From the IMG/VR virus record IMGVR_UViG_3300022744_000002, positions 1 through 64,000 of that record: DNA of 64,000 nucleotides; one strand, 5' to 3'. This document shows, one piece after another, positions 8,459-17,400 of this stretch. The notes below the pieces were generated by a model. That model was not told the DNA's origin. It was given only the letters and a program-made list of their open reading frames with translations, and searched no databases. Positions within the stretch are counted from its first letter, which is position 1; each line of letters opens with the position of its first letter. The stretch comes from a virus. The position numbers and the translations under genes are program-made.

Positions 8459-9460
8459 ATGCCGAACCCAACCCAGAGCGATCTTCACGTCAACGTCCCA
8501 CTGACGAACGTCTCGGTCGCATGGATCCCGAACGCTGGCGACTACATCTGCCAGAAGATCTTTCCGAAGGTCCCTGTGCAGAAGCAGTCGGACCTCTACT
8601 GGAAGTGGAGCAAGTCCGACTGGCGTCGTACCGACGTCGTCAAGCGCGCACCCGGCACTGAGAGCGCTGGGGTCGGTTGGAACTACACGACCGACAGCTA
8701 CTACGCGCACGTGTACGCGGTCCACCGCGACATCGACGACCAGGTCCGCGCCAACGCCGACTCCAACTTCTCGCTGGACTCGGACTCCACGAAGTTCCTG
8801 ACCAACCAGATGCTCCTCAAGCGGGAGCTCGACTGGGTCAGCACCTACTTCAAGGACTCGGTGTGGAGCACGCACTATCACGGTGTCAACACCAACCCCA
8901 CGACCGGCCAGTTCCTCCAGTGGAACGACGCCGCGTCTGACCCGATCAAGGACATGGCCGCGTGGAAGCTTGCCTACAAGCTCCTCACTGGCTACGACCC
9001 CTCGTTCGTGGTCATGGGCGCCGACGTTGTCCGTGAGCTGAAGAGCCACCCGGACATCATCGACCGCATCAAGTACACCCAGCGTGGCGTCGTCACGATG
9101 GACCTGCTCGCCTCGCTCTTCGAGGTCCCGCAGATCCTCGTCCCGCTCGCCTCGCAGGTGGACGACGATGCCCGTATCAACGACGCCGTCGCGCAGGATG
9201 CTGCTGCGACCTACTCGTTCCTCGCGGACACCAAGTCGATGCTGATGGGCTTCGCCCCGCCGAACCCGTCGCTGCTCGTCCCCTCGTGCGGCTACACCTT
9301 CGTGTGGAGCGGCTACCACGGTGGCAACGCCGAGGGCATCCGGATGAAGTCCTTCCGGATGGAGCACATCGCCTCGGATCGCCTCGAGTGCGAGATGACG
9401 TACGACATGAAGGTCGTCGCACCCGACATGGGCGTGTTCTTCAACACGGTCGTGGCGTAG
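8459..9460 (+). CDS. Major capsid protein (lambda gpE-like family)
   Basis: 333 aa with an N-terminus and length typical of the capsid-E family (VPLTNVSVAW...KRAPGTE...). It follows scaffold and decoration-like genes and is followed by a hairpin. Confidence 0.8.
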   Translation: MPNPTQSDLHVNVPLTNVSVAWIPNAGDYICQKIFPKVPVQKQSDLYWKWSKSDWRRTDVVKRAPGTESAGVGWNYTTDSYYAHVYAVHRDIDDQVRANADSNFSLDSDSTKFLTNQMLLKRELDWVSTYFKDSVWSTHYHGVNTNPTTGQFLQWNDAASDPIKDMAAWKLAYKLLTGYDPSFVVMGADVVRELKSHPDIIDRIKYTQRGVVTMDLLASLFEVPQILVPLASQVDDDARINDAVAQDAAATYSFLADTKSMLMGFAPPNPSLLVPSCGYTFVWSGYHGGNAEGIRMKSFRMEHIASDRLECEMTYDMKVVAPDMGVFFNTVVA

Positions 9461-9479
9461 CAGTAGATCGGACCCATGA

Positions 9480-9520
9480 GGGGGCTGGTGGGCATCAGCC
9501 TGTCAGCCCCCTCAGTTCTT
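9480..9520 (+). terminator. Hairpin downstream of the major capsid gene (possible partial terminator)
   Basis: GGGGGCTG (9480-9487) pairs with CAGCCCCC (9504-9511), with an inner GGC/GCC pairing, followed by TCAGTTCTT. Confidence 0.4.
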
Positions 9521-9536
9521 GAGAGGACAAGTGGTC

Positions 9537-10226
9537 ATGGCCACGAAGTACTTTGCCCGCAAGCCCATCACCCACAAGGGCACCCACTACAAGGGTGGCG
9601 ACGAGATCACCGGCTTCACCGGCTGGTGGCGCTACTGGCAGTTCCTGCGCTACGGCTACGTCAACAAGGTGGACACGGCCGGTGCTCCCGTGATCGACTC
9701 GATCGTTCCCGGTGACACCATCTTGACCCTCGTGGTCACTGAGCCCACCGAGGTCGGCGGCGACCCGTTCACCAACTTCGAGTACAAGCTCGATTCGGGC
9801 GCGTGGACCCCGTTCGACCCCGCGGACACGGACACCCCGTTCACCATCACCGGCCTGACCAACGGACAGACCTACGCGGTGCGCGTGCGGGCCGACAACG
9901 CGGCCGGTCAGGGCATCCAGTCCAACTCGGTCAACGGCACCCCCAGGACCGTCCCTGAGGCTCCTGCAGACTTGGTGGCTACCCCGGGCGATGGCCAGCT
10001 GTCGATCGCCTTCACGGCTGGTGGCAATGGTGGCTCAGCCATCACCAACTACCAGTACCGGGTGGCCCCGAGCACGACCTACATCCCCTTCGACCCGGCC
10101 GATACCACTTCTCCGGTGGTTGTCACTGGTCTGGAGAACGACGTCGAGGTCCAGGTCTACATCCGGGCCGTCAACGCCGCAGGCGCGGGCCCCGGCGCTA
10201 GTGTCACTGCCACCCCGACCGTCTAG
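9537..10226 (+). CDS. Protein with two tandem FN3 (Ig-like) domains
   Basis: Two FN3-like repeats (EYKLDSGAWTPF...YAVRVRADNAAGQG and PEAPADLVATPGDGQLSIAF...VQVYIRAVNAAGAG). ATG at 9537 follows GAGAGG. Confidence 0.7.
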   Translation: MATKYFARKPITHKGTHYKGGDEITGFTGWWRYWQFLRYGYVNKVDTAGAPVIDSIVPGDTILTLVVTEPTEVGGDPFTNFEYKLDSGAWTPFDPADTDTPFTITGLTNGQTYAVRVRADNAAGQGIQSNSVNGTPRTVPEAPADLVATPGDGQLSIAFTAGGNGGSAITNYQYRVAPSTTYIPFDPADTTSPVVVTGLENDVEVQVYIRAVNAAGAGPGASVTATPTV

Positions 10227-10234
10227 GAGTCCAG

Positions 10235-10459
10235 ATGCCCTACATCTGCCGCAAGCCCTTCACCTTCATGGGACATCGCTACGAGCCTGGCGAGGAGATC
10301 GTGGACTACCCCACGGCCTACAACAAGGCCGAGGCCTTCACCCGCAACGGCTTCATCGTCCTGGTGCCCGAGCAGGCGGTCGAGGAGACGGTGGTCGCGC
10401 CGGTCGAGACACCCAAGAAGCGTTCCCGCAAGCCCACGCTGGTCACAGCCGAGGGGTAA
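10235..10459 (+). CDS. Hypothetical protein (N-terminus paralogous to the N-terminus of the FN3 protein)
   Basis: CRKPFTFMGHRYEPGEEIVDY compared with ARKPITHKGTHYKGGDEITGF in the upstream gene. Confidence 0.5.
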   Translation: MPYICRKPFTFMGHRYEPGEEIVDYPTAYNKAEAFTRNGFIVLVPEQAVEETVVAPVETPKKRSRKPTLVTAEG

Positions 10460-10461
10460 CT

Positions 10462-10941
10462 ATGACGTGGTCCTACAGTGGCGATCCTGCTGATGGGGGA
10501 GTGGACGAGATCCGCTTCCTCGTCCAGGACACGGACGCCGCTGACCAGCTGATCACCAACGAGGAGATCGAGTACATCATCGCGGTGTGGACTCCGGTCT
10601 ACGGCTCCCCGCTGATGTACGCCTCTATGGTGGCCGAGGCCATCGCTGCCAAGTTCACCCGCGAGGTGGCCTACTCCGCCGATGGCGTCAGCGTGGGCGT
10701 GCAGGACCTTCAGGACAAGTACAACGCCCTGGCGGCCTCCCTGCGTGACCAGTACAAGCAGTACGACATCGGTGGCGGGCCGGACGTCTACGGCGTCATC
10801 TTCGACCAGAACCCCGATCCCACCATCAAGCCCACCCTGTGGGCAGTGGGGATGCACGACAATAACCGCGCTGGCTCTCAGGACCGCCCCACGAGCTACG
10901 TGAACTACGAGCAGGGTGGGGACCAGGGAGTTCCCTACTGA
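10462..10941 (+). CDS. Head-tail adaptor/connector-like protein
   Basis: The internal ATG at 10462 lies 3 nt after the previous stop. The motif EIRFLVQDTD...LITNEEIEYII is typical of phage connector/adaptor proteins I have seen, and the position agrees. Confidence 0.5.
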   Translation: MTWSYSGDPADGGVDEIRFLVQDTDAADQLITNEEIEYIIAVWTPVYGSPLMYASMVAEAIAAKFTREVAYSADGVSVGVQDLQDKYNALAASLRDQYKQYDIGGGPDVYGVIFDQNPDPTIKPTLWAVGMHDNNRAGSQDRPTSYVNYEQGGDQGVPY

Positions 10942-11366
10942 TGCCCCGGACCGTGTCTGCACGCTCCAAGGCCTACGTCCGGAGGGCGGCCGAGGCCCAG
11001 TTCGACTGCCAGATCGTCATCTGGCGCAACCAGGAGAAGACCTTCAACACCACCACGGGCGCCTACACGCCTTCGAGCGTCGAGGTCTACCGGGGCAAGG
11101 CGCGGATCTGGGAGCTCGATGACGCCGGGATGCTAGCGGTGGGCGAGGCCACCTACCCCCTGCGCGCGACCTACTGCTCCATCCCGTGGAACCACGAGCC
11201 CGTCCCGCACAACGACGACACCATCGAGGTGCTCGAGATGGCTGACGACCCGGACTTGCCCGGGCGCACCTTCCGCGTGATGGCGGTCGATGGTGGCGGT
11301 CACATGCGCTCCACGCGCCGGATGCATATCACCGGCATCGTTGAGAATGCGCACTTCCATGGCTAA
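10941..11366 (+). CDS. Head closure / head-tail joining protein (putative)
   Basis: Position in the connector gene row. Start overlaps the previous stop (TGATG). Confidence 0.45.
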   Translation: MPRTVSARSKAYVRRAAEAQFDCQIVIWRNQEKTFNTTTGAYTPSSVEVYRGKARIWELDDAGMLAVGEATYPLRATYCSIPWNHEPVPHNDDTIEVLEMADDPDLPGRTFRVMAVDGGGHMRSTRRMHITGIVENAHFHG

Positions 11367-11844
11367 CGCCGCGACTGCCGATCTGGTGTCCCTGGCAGCT
11401 GACCTGTCGGCGGCCAGTGGCGACTCACTGATGATCAGCGCCGAGAAGATCATCAAGGACGCAGCCCAGAAGATCCAGGCCACCGCGCAGGCCAATGCCC
11501 CCTTCAAGAGCGGGAAGCTGCGCGCATCCATCCGGATCCGCTATGTCGGCCCCCTGACGGCCATCATCGGCCCCAGCGTGGACTACGGGGTCTATCAGGA
11601 GTTCGGCACCGGCACCCGGGGCGAGTTCCCCACCGGGGTGTATGAGATCCGGCCGCGTAACGCGAAGGTGCTGTCGTGGACCTCGAATGGCAAGCGCCGG
11701 TTCGCCAAGGTCGTTCATCATCCAGGCATCAAGCCGCACCCGTTCATGCGGCCGGCCTTCGAGCAGGTGCTGGGAGATGACGTTGTCTCTGCGCTGGCTG
11801 ACGCGGGTCTGGCCGCCATCACGAGAGGCCCGGGTGCGAAGTGA
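11359..11844 (+). CDS. HK97 gp10-like tail/neck component
   Basis: AAQKIQATAQANAPFKSGKLRASI... matches the gp10-family pattern. The ATG at 11359 overlaps the previous stop, and 11347 is an alternative start. Confidence 0.55.
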   Translation: MANAATADLVSLAADLSAASGDSLMISAEKIIKDAAQKIQATAQANAPFKSGKLRASIRIRYVGPLTAIIGPSVDYGVYQEFGTGTRGEFPTGVYEIRPRNAKVLSWTSNGKRRFAKVVHHPGIKPHPFMRPAFEQVLGDDVVSALADAGLAAITRGPGAK

Positions 11845-12287
11845 TCGAGCGTAGGCTTCTGACGGCGGCTGTGGTGGAGGCAGCCGCCACTACCGGGATC
11901 CCGATCGGTCTTGCGCACGCGGCCGATGGGGGAGGCTGGCAGGGGCAGCCCAACCTCGACACCTCGGACTTCGTCCCCTACGGCGTGGTCACCCCCAACA
12001 CGGCCACCAACGCCACCGGCCCGATGGGCGATCCCCAGGCCGATCGGCAGATCCCCTACTCCGTCGCCGCCTTTGGAGTGAAGGCCGAGCAGGTCGAGTG
12101 GGTGGCCGACAAGCTGAGGGCGGCGATCGAGGCCCTCAAGAAGACCGACGTCCATCTGGGCGACGGCGTCTACAGGATTCAGCAGGTGCGGACCGACGTC
12201 ATCGGTGGACTGCAGCGTGTTGATGCGACCGAGCCCCCGTACTGGGGCCAGGTCGATGTACTGACCCTCTGGCTCACCCGGGCCTGA
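11841..12287 (+). CDS. Tail terminator / tail completion protein (putative)
   Basis: Last gene before the major tail gene. GTGA overlap with the previous gene. Confidence 0.45.
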   Translation: MIERRLLTAAVVEAAATTGIPIGLAHAADGGGWQGQPNLDTSDFVPYGVVTPNTATNATGPMGDPQADRQIPYSVAAFGVKAEQVEWVADKLRAAIEALKKTDVHLGDGVYRIQQVRTDVIGGLQRVDATEPPYWGQVDVLTLWLTRA

Positions 12288-12330
12288 TTGACGAGGGTGA
12301 AACCATGAAACCAGCAGCAACAACGACACA

Positions 12331-12366
12331 GGAGGACCCATCATGGGCCGCGTAATCCCCAATGAG
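12331..12366 (+). repeat. Copy A of the duplicated RBS plus first 8 codons (MGRVIPNE)
   Basis: GGAGGACCCATCATGGGCCGCGTAATCCCCAATGAG. Confidence 0.9.
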
Positions 12367-12840
12367 AGGGAGAAGGCCGAGTCCGGCCCGAAGCCCGCTC
12401 AGAGGGAAAGCATTGCCCAAGAGGAGCGCAGGCTACGGGTCAAAGCGCAGCGTCGCGAGTACTACGAGAAGAACCGTGAGCGCATCCTGGAGAAGAACGC
12501 GGAGTGGAAAGCGAAGGCGCGGACGATCGGCTGGTCCCGTACCGACAACAACCACTACCTCGGGTACAAGTACGGCATCACGCTGGACGAGTACGAAGAA
12601 ATGCTGGCAGGACAGAACGGAGTCTGCGCATCCTGCGGGACGCCACCGGCTGGCAGGAAGTTGGCTGTCGATCACGACCATGAGACTGGTGTGATCCGTG
12701 GTCTGCTGTGCCAGCCATGCAATACGGCCCTCGGGCTGCTGCAAGAGTCACCCGATCGCGTAGCGTCCCTTCTGGCGTACGCGCTTTCTCACGAGAATGT
12801 GCTGCTAGCACAAGATAGGAGCCCATCATGGGCAGAGTGA
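12343..12840 (+). CDS. Recombination endonuclease VII family (HNH-like) homing endonuclease
   Basis: CASCG...LAVDHDHETGVIRGLLCQPCNTALG is the endonuclease VII signature. It interrupts an otherwise canonical tail gene row. Confidence 0.85.
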   Translation: MGRVIPNEREKAESGPKPAQRESIAQEERRLRVKAQRREYYEKNRERILEKNAEWKAKARTIGWSRTDNNHYLGYKYGITLDEYEEMLAGQNGVCASCGTPPAGRKLAVDHDHETGVIRGLLCQPCNTALGLLQESPDRVASLLAYALSHENVLLAQDRSPSWAE

Positions 12841-12851
12841 TACCAAACGAG
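12817..12851 (+). repeat. Copy B of the duplicated RBS plus first 8 codons (MGRVIPNE), synonymously recoded
   Basis: AGGAGCCCATCATGGGCAGAGTGATACCAAACGAG. Confidence 0.9.
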
Positions 12852-13610
12852 CAGACCTGGGTTGGGTTTGCCGCTTCCATCGCCAGTGCTGAGCTCGTCC
12901 CCACCGAGGAAGAGATCAACGGCGCCACCGACCTGACTCCGTTCCTGATGAGCCTGAACGCCTCGTCCCAGGGCAACGTCGTACCGACTCCGTCGTTCGA
13001 CACCCTGTTCGAGACGTCCATCGTCGGAACCTCGCAGGCCACCTTCACCGCTGACTTCTACCGCGACGCCGTGGCAGATACCGCGTGGGAGTCCTTCCCG
13101 CGTGGAACGGCCGGCTACGTGATCGTCTCCCGCTTCGGCGGCTCTGGCCCCGACCAGATCCCCCGCAATGGCGACACGGTCGAGGTGTGGCCGATCAACG
13201 TCGTGTCCCGCACTGCGGCTAACATGCAGAACAACGCCGTGCAGACCTTCACCATCACCTGCTCGGTGAACGTGGCCCCGAACGAGGCCGCGGTCGTTAC
13301 CGGCGCAGTTGCTGGTACCCCGAGCGCCCCGCGCAACGTCGTCGGCACGGCCACCGCAGCCACCACGGCCACCATCGACTTCGACGCCCCGACCTACGTC
13401 GGTGCGGGCCTCACGGCTCCGTACTACGCGGTCTACAAGTCGGCCAGCTCAGGCGGCTCGTACACGCTGTGCACGGCCACCATCGTCGGCACCACGGCGC
13501 AGGTCACCGGCCTCACCACGGCCACGACCAGCTACTTCAAGGTGCTGGCGCACAATGCTGCTGGTGATGGCCCGCTGTCCGCAGCGAGCACCGCAGTCAC
13601 CCAGCCCTAA
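12828..13610 (+). CDS. Major tail protein with C-terminal FN3/Ig-like domain
   Basis: Lies between the tail terminator-like gene and the chaperone pair. The C-terminal region (PSAPRNV...YFKVLAHNAAGDGPLS) looks FN3-like. Confidence 0.7.
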   Translation: MGRVIPNEQTWVGFAASIASAELVPTEEEINGATDLTPFLMSLNASSQGNVVPTPSFDTLFETSIVGTSQATFTADFYRDAVADTAWESFPRGTAGYVIVSRFGGSGPDQIPRNGDTVEVWPINVVSRTAANMQNNAVQTFTITCSVNVAPNEAAVVTGAVAGTPSAPRNVVGTATAATTATIDFDAPTYVGAGLTAPYYAVYKSASSGGSYTLCTATIVGTTAQVTGLTTATTSYFKVLAHNAAGDGPLSAASTAVTQP

Positions 13611-13627
13611 CCCAAAGGAGTGCCTGA

Positions 13628-14098
13628 ATGCCCACTCAGGACGACACCATCGAAGTGACCACCGAGGCCGAGGATTACACCCCCAACCGGGCGTCTCGTC
13701 GGTCAAAGAAGCCTGGTGCAGGAGGTCGGGCCACGCTCGACCTCCTGCGCAACAAGCGCCCGCGCGAGCGGGAGATCTCCCTCAAGATCCCCGGCACCGA
13801 AGGGGACACCGAAGCGACCTTCCTGTTCCGGTCCATCGGAGCCAAGGAGTGGGAGCTCCTGGTGGGCAAGCACAAGCCCACCAACGCCCAGCGTGCGGAC
13901 GGCCAGCCCTTCAACATCGACACCTTTCCGCCAGCCCTGCTCGCGCGCGTGTGCGTGGAGCCTCAGCTGACGGAGGACGACTGGATGGAGATCTGGACCT
14001 CCCCGGACTGGAACCGCGGGGAGATCTCGGACTTCTACCAAGCGGCCGTTGACCTGTGCACCACGGGCTTCGATGTCCCTTTCAGCGCGAGCGTCTGA
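13628..14098 (+). CDS. Tail assembly chaperone (G-type, zero-frame product)
   Basis: Directly upstream of the tape measure. A slippery heptamer lies 13 nt before its stop, and an overlapping -1 ORF follows. Confidence 0.8.
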   Translation: MPTQDDTIEVTTEAEDYTPNRASRRSKKPGAGGRATLDLLRNKRPREREISLKIPGTEGDTEATFLFRSIGAKEWELLVGKHKPTNAQRADGQPFNIDTFPPALLARVCVEPQLTEDDWMEIWTSPDWNRGEISDFYQAAVDLCTTGFDVPFSASV

Positions 14099-14448
14099 GG
14101 TACGACTCCTCCCTCTACATGGAGATGTCGTACTGCTTCGACCACGGCATCCCGCATAGCGAGTTCCTCGACTGGGAACCGGAGGATCGGGCGAAGACGC
14201 TGGCCTTCATGCTGGAGAAGTCCTCCCGGTGCGAGTTGTGCGGCACGGCAGAATGGGAATGGGACGCCGACCGGCGCGCCTATGAGCCAGTGGAGAAGTT
14301 CTGCATGGGCTGCTACCTCAAGCACATGGCGAGCGAGGGGGCCGGGCAACTCCCCGGCACCACCATTGCCATGGAGCCGACCAGGACCCAGCAGTCCGCG
14401 CAGCGCCATCAGAAGATGAAGCGCGAGGCCCTCGACCGTGGCCGATGA
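13628..14448 (+). CDS. Tail assembly chaperone, -1 frameshift fusion product (GT-type)
   Basis: After a -1 slip at 14077-14083 the reading continues from 14083 (..DVPFQRERLRYDSS..) to the stop at 14448, which overlaps the tape measure start. Confidence 0.7.
14077..14083 (+). promoter_or_regulatory. Programmed -1 ribosomal frameshift slippery heptamer C_CCT_TTC
   Basis: X_XXY_YYZ pattern in the correct zero frame (codons GTC CCT TTC). The -1 frame is open to 14448. Confidence 0.7.
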
Positions 14449-17400
14449 GACCAGGACTGCCAATGTCCAGCTGACCGCCAACGTCGATCAGTACCAGCAG
14501 GCGACGGCGCAGGCCGCGCGCAGCACCAACGTCATGACCGACTCGGTCAACAGGCTGGTCTCCGCGCTGGACGGCATCACCAAGCGGGTGGGCAAGAAGC
14601 TCCTCCTCTTCTCCGCCGCTGACGCCGCGGCCATGGCGGCCTACACGGCGCTGGCCGCCAAGCACGAGAAGCAGCTGAGCAGCCTTTCGGCCACCACAGC
14701 CGTCCTAGGCAAGTCCAACGCCGTCTACCGCAAGGGCATCGAGGACATCGCCCGGCAGCTCCCGGTCACCGGGGAGCAGGTCACCCGACTGATCACCCAG
14801 ATCACCAAGCTGGGGGTGACGTCCGAGCGCCAGGCGCTGGCGATGTCCAAGACCTTCATCAACCTGTCCGCGGCCACCGGCGAGAACATCGACTCCCTCG
14901 CCCAGTCGATGATCGAGCTATCCCGGCAGATGGGCACCCTCAACGGGTCCGACCTGTCCGGCTTCGCCGACTCCCTGACCACCGTGGCCACCAAGGCCGG
15001 TGTCAGCGCCACCGGAGTGCTGCAGTTCGCCCAGGCGATCGCCCCGATGGCGCGCGCCGCGGGGATCGGCCAGAAGGAGGTCATCGGCATCGCCACGGCC
15101 TTCTCCAAGGCCGGCGCCGATGGGTTCGCCGCGGCGAACACCTTCAACACGATGATCTCGGACATCACCCGTCAGGTGATGAACGGCTCTCCCCAGCTCG
15201 CCAAGTACTCCAACGTCGTGGGGATGACGGTCGATCAGTTCAAGGGGCTGTCCTCGGCCGACCGTCTGGTGGCCGTCTTCGATGCCGTCAACAAGGCAGG
15301 TCCGGACTCCATCCGCATCCTGGACCGCCTGGGCTTCGACGGTATCCGCGCGGCCAAGTCCATCCAGGCCGTCGCCGCTGAGCAGGGTGGCCTGCGTGCG
15401 GCCATCGAGGACTCGGTCAAGGCCTTCGGCAACGGCAAGACCCAGACGGGCGCTGAGGCGGCCTTTGGCGGGCTCGAGGACCAGATGGTCCTGTTCCGCA
15501 ACAACCTCGAGCAGATCGCGGTGGCCATCGGTGAGAAGCTCGTCCCGGTCGCCACCGCCTTCATGGGGGTCATGAACAAGACCCTCGACGTGGTCAACCA
15601 GCTCGCAGGGCCCCTGTTGAACGTGGCGGGTCTAATCGGCGGGCTGCTGGCGCCGGTCGCGGCCGCCGTTGGCACCCTGATGACCGCCCTGGGGCCGCTG
15701 AGCACCGTCATGATGGCGATGACGCTGTTCCGGCTGTCGCCCATGCGCGCGGGCCTGCAGGGCATCAAGGAGGGCATGAGTGCCTCCACGGCAGCCGCCT
15801 ACGGCACCCAGTACATCCCGACGACTCAGGCTGGCCGGCACCAGGCCGGGCTGCTGGGTGGACCGCTCAAGGGCTACCAGGCCGCACCATTCGCGGCCGG
15901 CCAGTGGCTGGGCTCGCGCCTGCCCATCGGCACTCCGGGTGTCCCCAACGCCATGGGGCAGATGGCTCTGCGCTCAGGCATCGGCGCAGCCGAACTAGCG
16001 CAGTCTTGGTATATCAACCCCACTCGGCAGATGATCGCCAACGCGGGCATGCGCGATCCCTTCCAGCGCTACAGCGCCACAGGTGAGGCACTGGACAAGG
16101 CATGGGCGCGGTCGCAGACCATCGGTGGATCCATCAGCACGGCCCTGCACGACCCCTACTCGTTCCTCATGAGCCGCGGTGGCCCAGCAACAGAGCCCGG
16201 TGCTCCCGCTGCACCGGCCTTCGACGCCAAGGCAGCCCGGGATCGGGCACGGGCGGCCGCCGAGTCTGCCTTCCGCGGCTCTGGTGGCGGCGACGAAGGA
16301 GTCCGGGCAGCTCGCACCGCCTACAAGGCTGAGATGGACGCGGCCAATGCTCTGCGCAACGTCACCACCGAGGCCGGCAAGGCGGCTGCAGCCACCGGCA
16401 CCCACGTGCGAACGCTGGGGGAGTTCGGCACCGCTGTGCGCAAGACGGCCGTCTCGGCCGCGGGCATCCCGTTCGCCTACGGACGGATGGGCGCGGGTCT
16501 GGCCGCCGAGGGAGCCATGAAGGCCGGTGGCGGGCTGCTGTCCATGCTCGGCGGGATGGTGGGGCTGGGTGCCCCGGCCGGAGCAGTGATTGCTGGAGTG
16601 GGCGGGCTGGCCTATGGGCTCAAGCAGTCCCAGGACGAGTCCCGCAAGAACATCATCAGCGACGAGACCATGCTCAACCTCACGCCGACCAACGCGGCGC
16701 TGGGCTTGGCGACCGAGTCACTCAAGGGCTTCACCTATCAGGTGCGCTCGGCCGAGCGATCTGCTGGCGACCTCAAGACCGTCACCCAGGCCATGAAGCT
16801 GACCTCTGGGGAGATCAGGAAGGCCCTAGGCGGGGGAGAGCCAGTAGACCAGCGGGTCAAGTGGCTGGACTCGCAGGAGTCCGCTGTGGCCTTCCTGAAG
16901 GCCATGGGGACGATGAGTCCGGAGGCCGCGCGCTCGCTGGCCTCGGACATGGTCAAGCAGTTCGGTCGCGAGGGTGGCCAGCGCATCACCGACATGTACC
17001 TGAACTCGGGGATGGACAAGTACACCCAGAACCCTGCCGAGATCGCTCGGCCGTTGTACGCCACGGGAGTGCGTGCGCAGGAAGCGGGCATCACGGGCTT
17101 CCTGCGGATGATGCCCGGCCTCAACCGGATCATCCCCAACGACTCCAACATGGAGGAGGCGGTCAAGACCGCGTGGGTGGCGTCTCAGCAGAACGTCGGG
17201 GACGTTGCCGCCAAGTACGGAGAGCAGCCGGCCGCCCGCAAGGAACTCGCCAACGTCTTCTCGCTGATGTCCGAGGCCTACAAGAGCCAGGACGCCTCGC
17301 GGTACACCTCCACGGCCGGCGACCAGATGCAGGGGTACAAGGTGGGCTCGGCGCAGATCGTCGAGCAGTCCATCAAGCAGTTCGAGTCCAAGTACGGCGA

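Larger units (their letters stand above)
12331..12851 (+). mobile_element. Free-standing homing endonuclease cassette inserted at the 5' end of the major tail gene
   Basis: An endonuclease VII ORF is bracketed by two copies of the RBS plus ATG plus 8 codons (MGRVIPNE). The copies differ only at synonymous positions. Confidence 0.55.
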
